Shown in pieces: positions 37,101 through 50,022 of a stretch of 64,000 bases of DNA (positions are counted from its first letter, which is position 1; each line of letters starts with the position of its first letter). The DNA lies in contig MU008210.1 of assembly GCA_010909165.1 (NCBI GenBank), forward strand, positions 186,001 to 250,000, given 5' to 3'. Under the pieces are notes generated by a model. The model was not told the origin of the DNA. It ran no database searches and saw only the letters and a program-made list of their open reading frames with translations. The position numbers and the translations under genes are program-made. This stretch comes from Anthoceros angustus (taxonomy: Eukaryota; Plantae; Anthocerotophyta).

Positions 37101-37400
37101 TCTAATTTCCTTTCGAGATTTTATCGACCCCTCTGGTAGTATGCTCTTCTTTCGACCCTACGGGTGGGTGGCGACCCTACTGATGATACGACCACGCTCT
37201 TGGACGCCATTCTACCTCGCTTAGGGGTCGTTTTGACCCGTTCTTTTTCCTGGGATATCCTCTTCAACTTCCTAACAATATCGTACAACTCCAGCTTCAA
37301 GGTTCTCAGAAAATTTCCTGGCATGCTCTTCTTCAATCGTTTTTAGCCAAAAAAAAATCAAACTTGCTTGTCTTCTGGCTCTTTTGGACTGGTTGCCCAA
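34186..37400 (-). pseudogene. Athila-like accessory ORF (about 34190-36960) and its upstream spacer, copy 3
   Basis: Conserved block KIVLGLVNYQRTSYFSTNFLQFLWKISMGAKPDWGTIMYEAY; 36250-37400 is colinear with 1-1150. Confidence 0.7.
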
Positions 37401-39164
37401 ACTTTTGCGTTCCACACTGCTCTATATCTCGCTTGTCAAATTGGGATGAACTCTTCTCAGGAACCCCATATAATGACTTGTACTTATTGGATGTCAAGAC
37501 TTCTTACTTGAGTCACTCTGTCCATACCACCACAGAGTCTCACCTTATACCAACCCAACTTTTGTACTGCCTTGGTCATGTCAATTTCAACGTTTGTCCC
37601 TCCTCAAGCGCAATGAGGTATTCGAGAGATCCTTTAACTTTGACACCCATGCTTTCTGATGCATCAAACCAGCAAGGCCGTCTCCACGACCCTTTAGAGA
37701 CAAAGATTTGTCTAGAGCCCTAGTATTCTTCATACCATCGGACCAATGTCTCGCTTCTTTTGGAGGTGCCTTATACTTTATAACCTTCATAGATGAATGG
37801 AGTCGATATTGTTCATCTACATTTTGCATCATAAGAGTCATGCCCTCTCCACATTTCAAGTCACAATGGCTCAAAGACATCTGGTGCTCGGATCCGACAT
37901 ATTGAGCGATAGAGAGTACCGCCATGCTTTCAAGGACTTTTGAGGAAGGCATACACACCGATTGACAATACCCTACACCCCCGCAGAATGCTTTTGCTAA
38001 GAGAAAGAATCGAACTCTTGAGGCAACCTTGTCTAGTCTATCATTTGAGTTTAACTTTTGTGGTTATTGAGGCTCTCACGGTGCAAATTATATACGAATC
38101 GACTTCCTACCAAGGAACTTGGCTTGGTAACCCCTATGAGAGGTGGAATGGTAGAAGCCTCGAATCACTCATTACAATTTTGGAGCCCGGCATATGCTTT
38201 GGTCCTTCCTCTGCATAAGCTCGACCCGGTTAGAAGTATATTTGTTGGCTATTCGAGATGATGTTAAAGGATACAAGTTGTTTGACCACACACCGATTAT
38301 CCTTTGCTTGAAGTGTTGTATTTCATGAAGATGCTCTTCTCCGCCACCATGTCTTGCTCTTATGGATGCTCCTTTGACTGCTCCCTCTATTCATGGCATT
38401 GATGACTCTGGTGATGTTTTTGAGAATACTGATCTTTTTGTCTTCAGACATTTATGAGCCAGATTCTTCAGGTTCCTCTTCATCGGCTTCGGGGGCAGCA
38501 CATCACCATTATGAATTTTACCTGCATCCATTCCGTCACCATTGCAGCCACACTCAATTCCATCACCTGTCAAGGACCATCCATTACCTTCAGATGAGTT
38601 TTCTCCACTCACCTCTGATGCAGTTATTCTTGATTCTGGTTCTGCAGGACCCGATGAACGAACACCACATCACTGTCACCTCTTGATCCTCGGTCACGGT
38701 CCAACCGACCTTGACCCGGGAACAACTCGCTTTGATTACAAGCTCTTCTAGACTTAGACGTCCTATGAGTGACAAAACCTCCCTTTGTCGCTGGTTTAAC
38801 TACTAGAAGGAGACCACATCAAGCTGTTTTCAGCGTAGCATCCTCTCTAGGAGAACCTGCCACATATCTAGAAGCCGTCATGAAGTAGAACACTGGAAGC
38901 TTGCCATAGAATTTGAGTACAACTCCCTTATAGCCAACCAAACTTGGTCTTTGGTTGATTTACCACCTGGTAGGAAGCCTGTTTCGTGTAAATGGGTTTT
39001 CAAGAAGAAGTTGAACACAGATGGCACAATAGCACAAGGCTCGTTTAGTAGCTAGGGATACATTCAGGTTGAAGGCCTGGACTATAATGAGACGTTTGCC
39101 CCAGCTGTCAAAGCCATATTTGTAAGAATACTTCTGGCACTTGCAGCGCAATATGGACTCCTAG

Positions 39165-42100
39165 TGAAGGATGTGTGGCAGCCCATGATGGTGGAAAGAG
39201 GAGAGGAGAGGAGGAAGCAAATGTATCTCACATTGAGATGAGGCTTGGGGATATTTATACCCTCGGTGGCTCCTAGGAAGCTCCACAAGAAGCCCCTAGG
39301 AAGCAGTAGAAGCTTCCTAGTTATTAGCTTCAACTAAACTAATGACACCTAACTTAGACTAAGTGTATTAGTCTAAGTACATTGGGCTTTAATACCCTTA
39401 CAACCTCCCACTTAAAGGCCAATTTACCTTCGTGAAGAATGGACTACCTCATGCCCATCGTGTCAGCTTGTGCAAATTGCTCGTAGAGTCCCTTGGTAAG
39501 AATATCTGCGGGGTTGGTGGTGTGAACCTTGACAAGTTGTACCCTCTTGTCATCCAACACCTCTCGAATGAAGTGATACTTCACATCCACATGTTTAGTC
39601 TTCGCATGAAACATCGGATTCTTTGCCAATTGGATAGCACTGCTATCACAATGCAACACCGGACTCAACCTTGATCCCCAAGTCTCCCACTAAACGAGCA
39701 AGCCATATGGCTTCCTTGCAAGCCTCAGTTGCTGCAACATACTCGGCCTCTGTGGTAGATAGCGTAATGCACGGCTGCAAACGAGATCGCCATGAGGCTG
39801 CCCCTCCAGTGCACATGAAGACATAACCTGATGTGGACCTCCTTTTGTCCATATCCCCTGCATAATCAGCATCTGTGTACCCAACCACACATGCATCTTC
39901 ACTACCAAAACATATGCACAAAGCTTTTGTACCATTCAGATACCTCATAACTCCTTTTCGCCTCCCAATGCTTCTTGCGGTTTGACATAAACACACTAAC
40001 CACTCCCACGCAAAGGCAATGTCGGGCGTGTAGCAATCATTGCATACATCAAACTCCCTACGGTGAGTATGGGACCTTCTCCATTTCGCTTTGTCCTCCT
40101 CGAGCTTGGGCAATCCTGAAAGTTTCACATATGGAGGCAATGGAGTACCCAATGGCTTCCCTTCTCCATGTTGAAGCGTTGAAGCACTCGTTAATGTATT
40201 CCGTCGAGACAAATAAAGCGGCTTATGTCATTCGGCGAATACGCATGCCAAGTATATGGCTCGCCTCTCCCAAGTCTGTCATTTCAAAGTGAGCATTCAA
40301 CTTTGACTTCAATAGAAATCTCATCGATCTTTTAGCAATTAGCATATCATCCACATAGAGGATCAAAATGAGCAAGCTTTGATCCTTAGCTTGCTATAGA
40401 GGCAATGATCCTCATCGCTTTGTAGCCTTGAGAAAGCATAAATGAGTGGAACTTGTGATACCACTCTCTGGGTGCTGTTTCAAACCATAAAGGCTCTTCC
40501 TCACACACGATTCTCTTTGCCCTTCTCAACAAAACCTTGTTCTTTGCATGTAGACTCTTGAAGGTCACCATGCAAGAATGCCGTCTTGACATCCATCATA
40601 AGTTCCATATCATTCACGGCAACCAAAGCAAGAACACATCGCAAAGTTGTCATTTTGACTACTGGTGAGAAAATCTCATCAAAGTCAATGCCTTGCTGTT
40701 GCTTGAAACCCTTAGCAACCAATCGTGCCTTGTACTTTGGTTTGCCATCATAACCTTCATCTTGTACACCCATTTGCACGGTAGGGCCTTCTTATCCCTA
40801 GGCAACCGAACCAACTCCCAAGTTTGGTTCTTATGCAGCGAATTCATTTATGCATGGCCTTCTCCCACTTCTGTTTGTTACTCATTGACATGGCCTCTTT
40901 GTAAGAAGAGGGTTCCCCACAATCTGTCAGCATGACATAATCCAGAGATGGATCATACCTGTCAGGAGGTCGTGTAATCCCGCCTTGACCACAGGCACCT
41001 CTATAGGAGCTTGTTCGACTCTTGGTTCATCTACGGGTGGAGGAATGTGCTCCTGCACATTACCACGGTTATCAACCATGATGATCATGTCCATCTTCTT
41101 GGAAGATCACCCTTCGCACCTCCACAATTGGAGTAGGCTTCCTGCATCTTGTTCTCATTGAAGAACACGTCGTTAGTACGAACAACCTTTCTAGCTCGGA
41201 TCCCACAAAGCGGTATCCCATCTCACGGAATCACCATAGCCAAGAAAAATACATTTCTTGGACTTAGGTGCCAACTTGTCCCGAAACTCTTTTGGAACAT
41301 GGCGGTATGCCTCACATAAACACTCGCAGATGCTTGTAGGATGGTTTCTTCTCGGAACAGCTCATCAACTTTATTATTAGGAGATCATTAATAAGATGAA
41401 TGCGATGAACGCTTACCCAAAACCCATTAGGCAATCGAGTTTGACAACAAACTACGCATCCTCTCACGAATGGTTCATTCATCCGCTCGGCCACACCATT
41501 TTGTGGAGGAGATATCTGGTGATCAATTCTCTTTTGATTCCTTGGAATCACGAATGACTGAAGCTTTCCATACTCTCCACCATTATCGTCCTTAGACACT
41601 TCAATCGTGGTGATTCTCTACAAGGGTGACAAATTTCAAACACCGTCGAACTTCATCCTTTTTCCTCAAAGGATAAACCCACACCTTGCGTGAGAAAATC
41701 ATCTATGAAAGTGACAAAATAGGAGGCACCGCCTAATGATGCAGATGAGGCATAGGTCCACATACATCACGTGAACCAACTCAAGAGGTTTACTTCTACT
41801 TTACCTCTTGTTCGATGTGATGATTTTGTCATTTCCCATATAAGCAGTGCTCACACATCGAGAGATCGGAGAAGTTAAGAACAGGATATAACGAGCGAGA
41901 TAAAACCTTCATTCCCTTGAGACATATGTCCTAACGCAATGCCACAAGGAAACATTTGGTGCTGTTACAGATCACATGATCTTTGAGTGTTTACAAGTGA
42001 GTACAAAGTGCCACACTTGATCCACGAGCTAACACAAGAGAACCTTTGGAGATCTTCCAAGAGTGATCCCCAAAACCGGTGGTAACCATCATCCAAGCAT

Positions 42101-43986
42101 CTGCGCTAATCATGCTTTTGTCAACTTGAACATGCCTAACGTCCTTCATGAATGAAGATCCGTTGTCAAACTTGAGTTGCACATCACCGCCGCGATCGGC
42201 ATGTAGTTATTTCAAGCCTAACGCATCCTTTCCTTGTAGCATCATCGTGCTAAACCACTCTCTATGAGGAGTAACATGGAAAGATGCACGAGTCAATTAT
42301 CCAATTTAATAAATGACTATCCACGGCTGTTAATTGTGCAGCATTCAAGTAAGAAGAGATAAGGACATCTCCGTCCTCAACAGAATTTAACTCTTCCAAC
42401 CTGACATTCGAAGTCGCCTTCTTGTCGTCCTGCTTCTTCTCTTTTCCTTGGTCCTTTTTGAACTTCTCGCACTCTCTTTTGAAGTGACCCCTTTTGTGAC
42501 AATAGTGACACTCCACATTCTTGTTACGACTACGAGATTTGCTACGAGAAAAGCTTCTATCCGGTTGCTTCCCCTTCGCAGTGGACCTCCCTCTCACTAT
42601 GAGGGCACTGGAACCTTTGGAAGGTTCCATATTTTTCCTGTTCACCTCCTCAGTTAACAGGCTACCTTCTACATTTACAATGGTAAGACCACTAGCGAGG
42701 CGAGTACTCGGGAGGCTGCGAAGGTGTCCCAACTCTCGTAATGTGACCAGCGAAACATAGCTCTCACGGAATCAGAATGTGATACCTTGAGATGAGAGTG
42801 GCTGAAAATGGTATTGAAATCATTCGGATGATCGGACATCCTCGTCCCTTCCTTCATCTTCAAGTCCACCAATTTGTTCAACCAATACACCGAAGCCGCA
42901 CTTTGCTTCTCATCTGAGTCCACACACGCCACAGTAACTTGTGGTCTTATCTTTCACATTGAAGTACAACTTTTGACAATGTTAGCATGATAGTAGATCT
43001 AGCAAGCTCATCCAGTCCGCCACTCATCCCGTCATACTATCGGTTTGGCCTAACAACTTTATGGGCTTGATCGCTTTTTCTAGAACATTATACACTTGTT
43101 CTTTCGAGCGGAAGTTAGTACCATCTAACTTCTCGATATTGAACATGACGTTTTCGATGATGAAGACATCATGACTCAAAAATCGACTCGCCTTGTCGGA
43201 AAAGTCAAAAAAAAAAAATCACGTGCGGCCGTGTATTGCGTTGCTGTTTACGAGTATTCCGCGAATATTTGAATTTTCACCACCGCGGCACCGCGGTGTT
43301 GGTGCGGGTTCTTGGCGCCCGCGCCTCGCCCCAGCGCTCTCGCCCCGCGCGCTCGCCCGGCCTCGCCCCGCGCCCGCGCCTCGCCCGCTCGCGGCCTCGC
43401 CCCGCGCCACGCGCCACGGCCTCGCCCCGGCCTCGCCCCGCGCCCGCCTCGCGCCCGCGGCCTCGCCGCGCCGCGCCGCGCCGCGCCTCGCGGCCTCGCC
43501 GCGCCGCGCCTCGCCCGCTCGCCCCGCGCCGCGCCCGCGCGCTCGCCCGGCCCGCGCCGCGCCGCGCCTCGCGGCGCGCGCGGCCCGCGCCGCCCGGCCC
43601 GGCGCGGCCTCGCCGCTTCGCGGCCTTGCCGCGTTCGCGGCCTCGCCCGCTCGCCCGCTCGCGGCCTCGCCCCGCGCCTCGCCGCGATATGGATCACACC
43701 GCAATTCTGCCACCCTGCGGCGAATCACAACACCGGACCAAAGCTCGATACCGGTTGAAGGATCGTGTGGCGGCCATGATGGTGGAAAGAGGAGAGGAGG
43801 AAAATGTATCTCTCACATTGAGATGAGGCTTGGGGTATTTATACCCTCAATGGGGCTCCTAGGAAGCTCCACAAGAAGCCCCTAGGAAGCAGTAGAAGCT
43901 TCCTAGTTATTAGCTTACTAAACTAATGACACCTAACTTAGACTAAGCGTATTAGTCTAAGTACATTGGGCTTTAATACCCTTACA
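39165..43986 (-). mobile_element. Full-length Ty1/copia element D (Tnt1-like gag)
   Basis: LTRs 39165-39402 and 43756-43986 (TG...CA); TSD CCTAG (39160-39164 and 43987-43991); PBS Met-like 43743-43753; PPT 39403-39413; pol 39430-43150. Confidence 0.96.
43310..43690 (-). repeat. Extremely GC-rich degenerate repeat in the 5' leader of copia D
   Basis: Reiterated cgcggcctcgcc(cc)gcg units between PBS and gag. Confidence 0.9.
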
Positions 43987-45717
43987 CCTAGTTCATCAGC
44001 TAGATGTAAAGACGGCATTCCTCAATGGATCTTTAGAGGAGGAGATTTATAGGAGCCAACCAGAAGGATATGTGATGGATGTCGGGAAGGTTTGCAAGTT
44101 ACTTAAGACTTTATATGGTCTTAAGCAATGTTCCCGTGCTTGGAACGAAACCTTCCATGCCTTGCTTATAGAACTTGGTTTCACATGTTTAGCAGCTGAC
44201 ACCAGTGTCTATATTTTATGGGATGGAGACGATTTCATAGTACTTATTGTTTATGTGGATGATAACTTCTTGTTTTGCACTTCAGCAGTGCTGATGGATA
44301 AAACCAAGAAAGTGCTTTTGGCTCGCTTTGAAATGACAGATCTAGGCCAACTTACTTTCTCGTTGGGCATTTAGTTTCATTTCCAGGATTCAGGGCGGAC
44401 GATTGACATACACCAAGAACACTTCGTGGAGCAACTTCTCAAGAGGTTCAACATGGAGGACTGTCGTCCAGTATCTACACCCATGTCCACTGGAGAGAAG
44501 CTATCTAAAGAACAGTGCCCAATGACTGATGATGAGAAAGAGTTGATGTCCAAGGAGCCTTACAGGCAGGCAGTTGGTTGCCTCATCTACCTTGCTGCAT
44601 GGACCAGGCTCGATATTTCACGACTCACAGTTTTTGGAGAATCCAGGTGAGGCCTGGCAGTCATAAAGCGCATCTTTAGGTATCCGAAGGAACTAGATAT
44701 GGTTTGAGATATCAACGACAAGCAGGAGGCTTGCAGCTCACTTCTTACTGTGATGCCGACCTGGCTGGTGACCCAGACAGTCGACGTAGTATAGCTGCTT
44801 ATTGCAATCTTCTTGGAGGGACAGTGATTTCCTGGAGTAGCAAGAAACTAACTACCATCTGCCTTTCTTCTACTGAGGCCGAGTATGGAGCGTTGTCTCA
44901 GGCAGCAAGGGAGATCATCTGGATAAGATCATTTCTAAGAGGGTTGCAACAGCTCAGTTCTGGAGCAACCAGGCTATGGTGTGACAACCAGTCAGCCATA
45001 GCACTGTCAAGGAACCCTGTCTTCCATGCCAGAAGCAAGCACATAGAGATAACTCACCATTTCATAAGACAAGCAGCAGATGGAGAAGTGGTTCATTACA
45101 TTCCTACGGTAGAACATTGCTAATTTATTGTGAAGGCCCTCGCCAAGCCATTACATCATAAGCACCGCAGACTTGCTTTTGGTGCACTACAACTATGAAA
45201 GGAAGCTCACTAAACCCCTAGTCCAGCATACTCTTCCCTCTTGAGTAATCTAGGTCATGCATTCTTTGCTTGGTGATCAAGAAGGTTCGCTATCTTCTTA
45301 GTTTCCTAGGATAGGGCGCGTATGCATTTAGAATAGATTAGCATAAGAATGGCGAAGCCATGGGAGATGAGTGGATGAAGCATCACTTACATACAAGCGT
45401 TATGCGCCCGCTTATTGTCCTCATCGTCGGTATTTTGTCATACTCTTCACCTTTTGAAGGAGCGAGTTGTGCTTGGACCGATGTAGTTCGCACGAATCCG
45501 GTTCCTTTCCTCCATAGCTTCGTGGCTGTCCTTAGTAATCTTGTCGGTAGTAGTAGTCAAGTTCTCCTTCGTCGAAATGCCGTCTTTATCATCTCCTTGT
45601 ACTCTTCCTTTGTGATTCTCATCTTCTTGTCGTGAGTCTCGGGAAAGGCCACATAAGGAGGCATATGCCACACCTACCACAGTAGAGCGTAGAGGTATCA
45701 TGGTTTGCAACCTCTTG

Positions 45718-48700
45718 GCAGCCTTATCCATCTGATTGTTCTTCTTACATTTTCTTTGGCATCAATGTCCGCGGGATGCTCGCAAGTTACCATGTGGAGA
45801 ATCCACTACCTTGGAGAGAATGCGGCACCGCCTTCCACGGTGACACTCCATGCCACGCGCAGTGGAGTCATGAGCACACAACAATGAGAGCAGGAGGCGC
45901 AAGAGGCCTATCCGGACTCTGACAAATGAAGATGACAAACTAGGCGCAAGTAAGGGCTGGTCTGCGTAGAGATAGAGATTGTCCATTTGCGTGATGATAT
46001 AGAAAGGAGTGGCGGGAGTGGAGTGTAAGAGGGACTGGGCGTAAAGGTTCATGTGCAATGATGCTTGAGTGAGAAGCCCGTGTTACCATCTTGGCGTGAT
46101 GCCTTGATGTTCCTCGTGTTTCCTTAATTAAATATCTAAACATTACGTCTAAGAGGGAGTAAAGGAAACCCCAATACTTTTCTACCTTAAGTTCACTTAG
46201 GGTTACAATTATATAGACTTATGTTCAGTTATTTGTTACGCTGCTACACACTCTTATGTATATGTGCTCTAGTGTGAGATAACCGTTGTTCTGTTTCCTT
46301 CCTACCGCATGCTTGCCTTCTTCCCTTTCCTTGCACCGAGATCTTCAGATCGTTTTACTCGAGGCGGGCCACTACATCGACCTCTTGCATGGTGCTGCCA
46401 AGGGAAGTCAGCCGGGCACGTAAGTGCCGGAATTTGCTGATAAATGTGGTGACAGGTTCTCCTTCTTTCAACTTGAGATTGTAGAACTCTTGTCGAGCAG
46501 CACACAGGGTCATCATATTTTGAACCTTGTATGTCTCGATGAGTTGATCCAGATCTCATGTGCATTGCTAAGAAACTCCACTTCAGGGACGAGATCAGCA
46601 TCAAGTCTAGCAATGAGCAAGGTGGCGGCAATCTTAAGTTGATCCCATCGGCCTTTTGTGCAACTCACTACAACACCAGTGGTGGGGTTCGTGGTGTACC
46701 GAGGATCGAGCAAGGCCCCACCAACAACTTCCCAAACTCCTCTTGCAACTAGGTAGATTTCATCCTAACTCTCCAAATGTCAAATTTTGTTCCATTGAAT
46801 TGATCACGCTCCTTTAACTCGAGGTGAATGCGGTGGAGCCGGAGGAGACGGTAGGGAGGTTTGTGTGGTGATGGCATAGTGGAAGATGAAGTTGAGGCTG
46901 CCATGATGGGCTATTACGAAGGGGAGACCATGCAAGTGCACAAGAGAAAAAGCAAGTCGTGTGGTAAGCATGTGAAAAACTAACCTAATGTGAACTCTAG
47001 TTATGGTTTTTTCAATTAGGGTTAAACATCATGTGGCAAGGAAACTAATAAGCACCCATCAGCGAAGCTAGAATGCATGTAACACAAGGCACCCTTTGAA
47101 TTTTGAGTAGCAACACGGATTGCAACAAGTGCGGAATGGAGCATAGGGGGCGCGCAGACCTAACCGCCGCCCTCCATCCACAGAGAAGAATCATGGAACA
47201 GCGTCGTAAGAAGAGCATGCCCGTGGTGCCCCAAGCTCTGTGTGGTTGAAGAGGTAAGATCCATGGAGCGCAACTCATGTCAGTTGAATTCCCGATCAAT
47301 GTCGAAGCTGCATGTAATGTCTGGCAGCCTTATCCATCTGCAGTTGTTCTTCTTCTTTGGCATCAATGTCCGCTATGGGATGCTGAGTTACCATGTGGAG
47401 AATCCACTACCTTGGAGAGAATGCGGTGGCGCACCGCCTTCCACGGTCAGACACTCCATGCCACGCAGTGGAGTCATGAGCACACAACAATGAGAGCGAG
47501 CCGAGGCCTATCCGGACTCTACAGCAAATGAAGATGACAAACTAGGCGCAAGTAAGAGTGGTCTAGAGATAGAGATTGTCCATTTGCGCCGGTGATATAG
47601 AAAGGAGGCGGGAGTGGAGTGTAAGAGGGCACAGGGCGTAAAGGTTCATGTGCAATGATGCTTGAGTGAGAAGTGTGGTAATCTTGGCGTGATGCCTTGA
47701 TGTTCCTCGTGTTTCCTTAATTAAATATCTAAACATTACGTCTAAGAGGGAGTAAAGAAACCCCAATACTTTTCTACCTTAAGTTCACTTAGGGTTACAA
47801 TTATATAGACTTATGTTTAGTTATTTATTCATATTACACACTCTTATGTATATGTGCTCTAGTGTGAGATAACCGTTCTGTTTCCTTCCTACGCATGCTT
47901 GCCTTCTTCCCTTTCCTTGCCATGCGAGATCTTGATCGTTTTACTCGAGGCGGGCCACTGCATCGACCTCTTGCATGGTGCTGCCAAGGGAAGTCAGCTG
48001 GGCGCGTAAGTGCCAGAATTTGCTGATAAATGTGGTGACAGGTTCTCCTTCTTTCAACTTGAGATTGTAGAACTCTTGTCGAGCAGTACACAGGGTCATC
48101 ATATTCTGAACCTTGTATGTCTCGATGAGTTGACTCCAGATCTCATGTGCATTGTTAAGAAACTCCACTTCAGGGACGAGATCAGCATCAAGTCTAGCAA
48201 TGAGCAAGGTGACGGCAATACTGTTAAGTTGATCCCATCAGGCCTTTTGTGCAACTGTCACTACAACACCAGCAGTGGTGGGGTTCATGGTGTACCGAGG
48301 ATCGAGCAAGGCCCCAACTTCCCAAACTCCTCTTGAGTAGATTTCATCCTAACTCTCCAAATGTCAAATTTTGTTCCATTGAATTGATCACGCTCCTTTA
48401 ACTCGAGGTGAATGCGGGGTGGAGCCGGAGGAGACAGGTAGGGAGGTTTGTGTGGTGATGGCATAGTGGAAGATGAAGTTGAGGCTGCCATGATGGCTGT
48501 TAGATGAGGAGACCATGCAAGTGCACAAGAGAAAAGCAAGCAAGTCGTGTGGTAAGCATGTGAAAAACTAACCTAATGTGAACTCTAGTTATGGTTTTTC
48601 GAATTAGGGTTAAACTGTCATGTGGCAAGGAAACTAATAACTGCCCAGCCAATCAGCAGAAAGCTAGAATGCATGTAACTGCCACACAAGGCACCCTTTG

Positions 48701-48938
48701 AATTTTGAGTGGCAACTTCTGGATTGTAACAAGTCTGCCAGAATGGAGCATAGGGGGCGCGCAGACCTAACCGCCGCCCTCCATCCACAGAGAAGAATCA
48801 TGGAACAGCGTTGTAAGGACGAGCATGCCCGTGGTGCCCCAAGCTCTGTGTGGTTGAAGAGGTAAGATCCATGGAGCGCGCAACTTTCTTAATGCGTTGA
48901 ATTCCCGATCAATGTCGAAGCGCCATGTAATACCGTCT
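45718..48938. repeat. Tandem duplication, units 45718-47323 and 47324-48938
   Basis: Colinear copies; GCAGCCTT at 45718, 47324 and 48939. Confidence 0.92.
47941..48539 (-). pseudogene. gag: Copia-type Gag N-terminal domain antisense to copia C pol (second copy about 46300-46905)
   Basis: ELKERDQFNGTKFDIWRVRMKS...EVEFLNNAHEIWSQLIETY...RQEFYNLKLKEGEPVTTFISKF..LRAQLTSLG; no CCHC, pol, PBS or LTR around it. Confidence 0.8.
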
Positions 48939-50022
48939 GCAGCCTTTTCTCCATGTCTTGTAACGAGATCTTGGCATGTGCTGGCGAAATTATGACTTCA
49001 ACTCAGGCGGATGTAATATTGATCAAAGAAGGAATTGATGTAGCTGAAAATTCCCCTTCATCGTTTGAATTGATAGCGTACAAACTGTGCAATTTGGTCT
49101 GTAATTGTGGATTCTTTAAATTTCGATATGAATTTTTTCGGTCATGAATTCTCGGGCTGGCTGGGTAGCTGCACTCTTCCTTGCATTGTTGAAGTTGATT
49201 TCGATATTGCCTTTGTTCTTGTGCCAAAATGCGCGGCGCTGAGTTCCATACTCGTCAAGGTATAGTTGACTCGGGCCGTCACGAGGGGAGGGGAACCTTT
49301 GCACTCACGATAACCAGCGGATGTGCCTCAAGGCATTTGTGGGAGGAAAACCCGGGGCTTAGATTCACCCTCTAGTGGCCACACTTATCCCATCGCTAAG
49401 TACAATAGGTTTCGTCCCATGAGACTCTTGTTTGTCGTCACCAGCATCCAAGGCACAAACCACACACCTCTTCACACCCCAAGCTCCCTCACGTGGAGCA
49501 ACCTCAACTCACTCCTGACAGCCACGCCTCACCGTGCTGCTCGTTTATCACCGCTTCCAGACCTACAACGACACCCTATGACTATAGGTCCACACCCCAC
49601 GGTAGTAGGTCAACAGGCTACACACATAGGGACCCCCTACGTTGCAACGCGACTTCACCACCCCGTGATCTTCCACTATTCCTTTCCCATTGCCTTCCCA
49701 CAATTGGCACATCCTCAACCACCAACTCGGCGGCAGCCGCTCCGCTTGCTCGTCGAATCGGCCTCGGGACCTACAACCAACAACAAACAATTGTAGGGCC
49801 TACCTCCTACCACTTGTAGGGAGTTGTAGGAGATCTAGTGCCTGGTGGGCGGCACCCTCATTCCTACGTGGGAGGAGACACCCTATCCCAACGCCGCGGG
49901 CGCATCCTACCACCGGTAGTCACTGGGCAGTTACCTCGCCCTAGTTCAAGGCCTCTCCAACTTCCGGGCCATGGCGCTCCAACTACAACTGCGCCCACAA
50001 AACTCCACACTAGCGTGCCCGA

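Larger units (their letters stand above)
37400..45200 (+). mobile_element. 5'-truncated Ty1/copia element C (INT-RT at 37450-39164, RT-RNase H at 43987-45200), split by copia D
   Basis: ASFGGALYFITFIDEWSRY; CKWVFKKKLNTDG; the frame rejoins as YGL(L/V)HQLDVKTAFLNG; LIVYVDD; YCDADLAGDPDSRRS; HARSKHIEITHHFIR. Confidence 0.92.
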
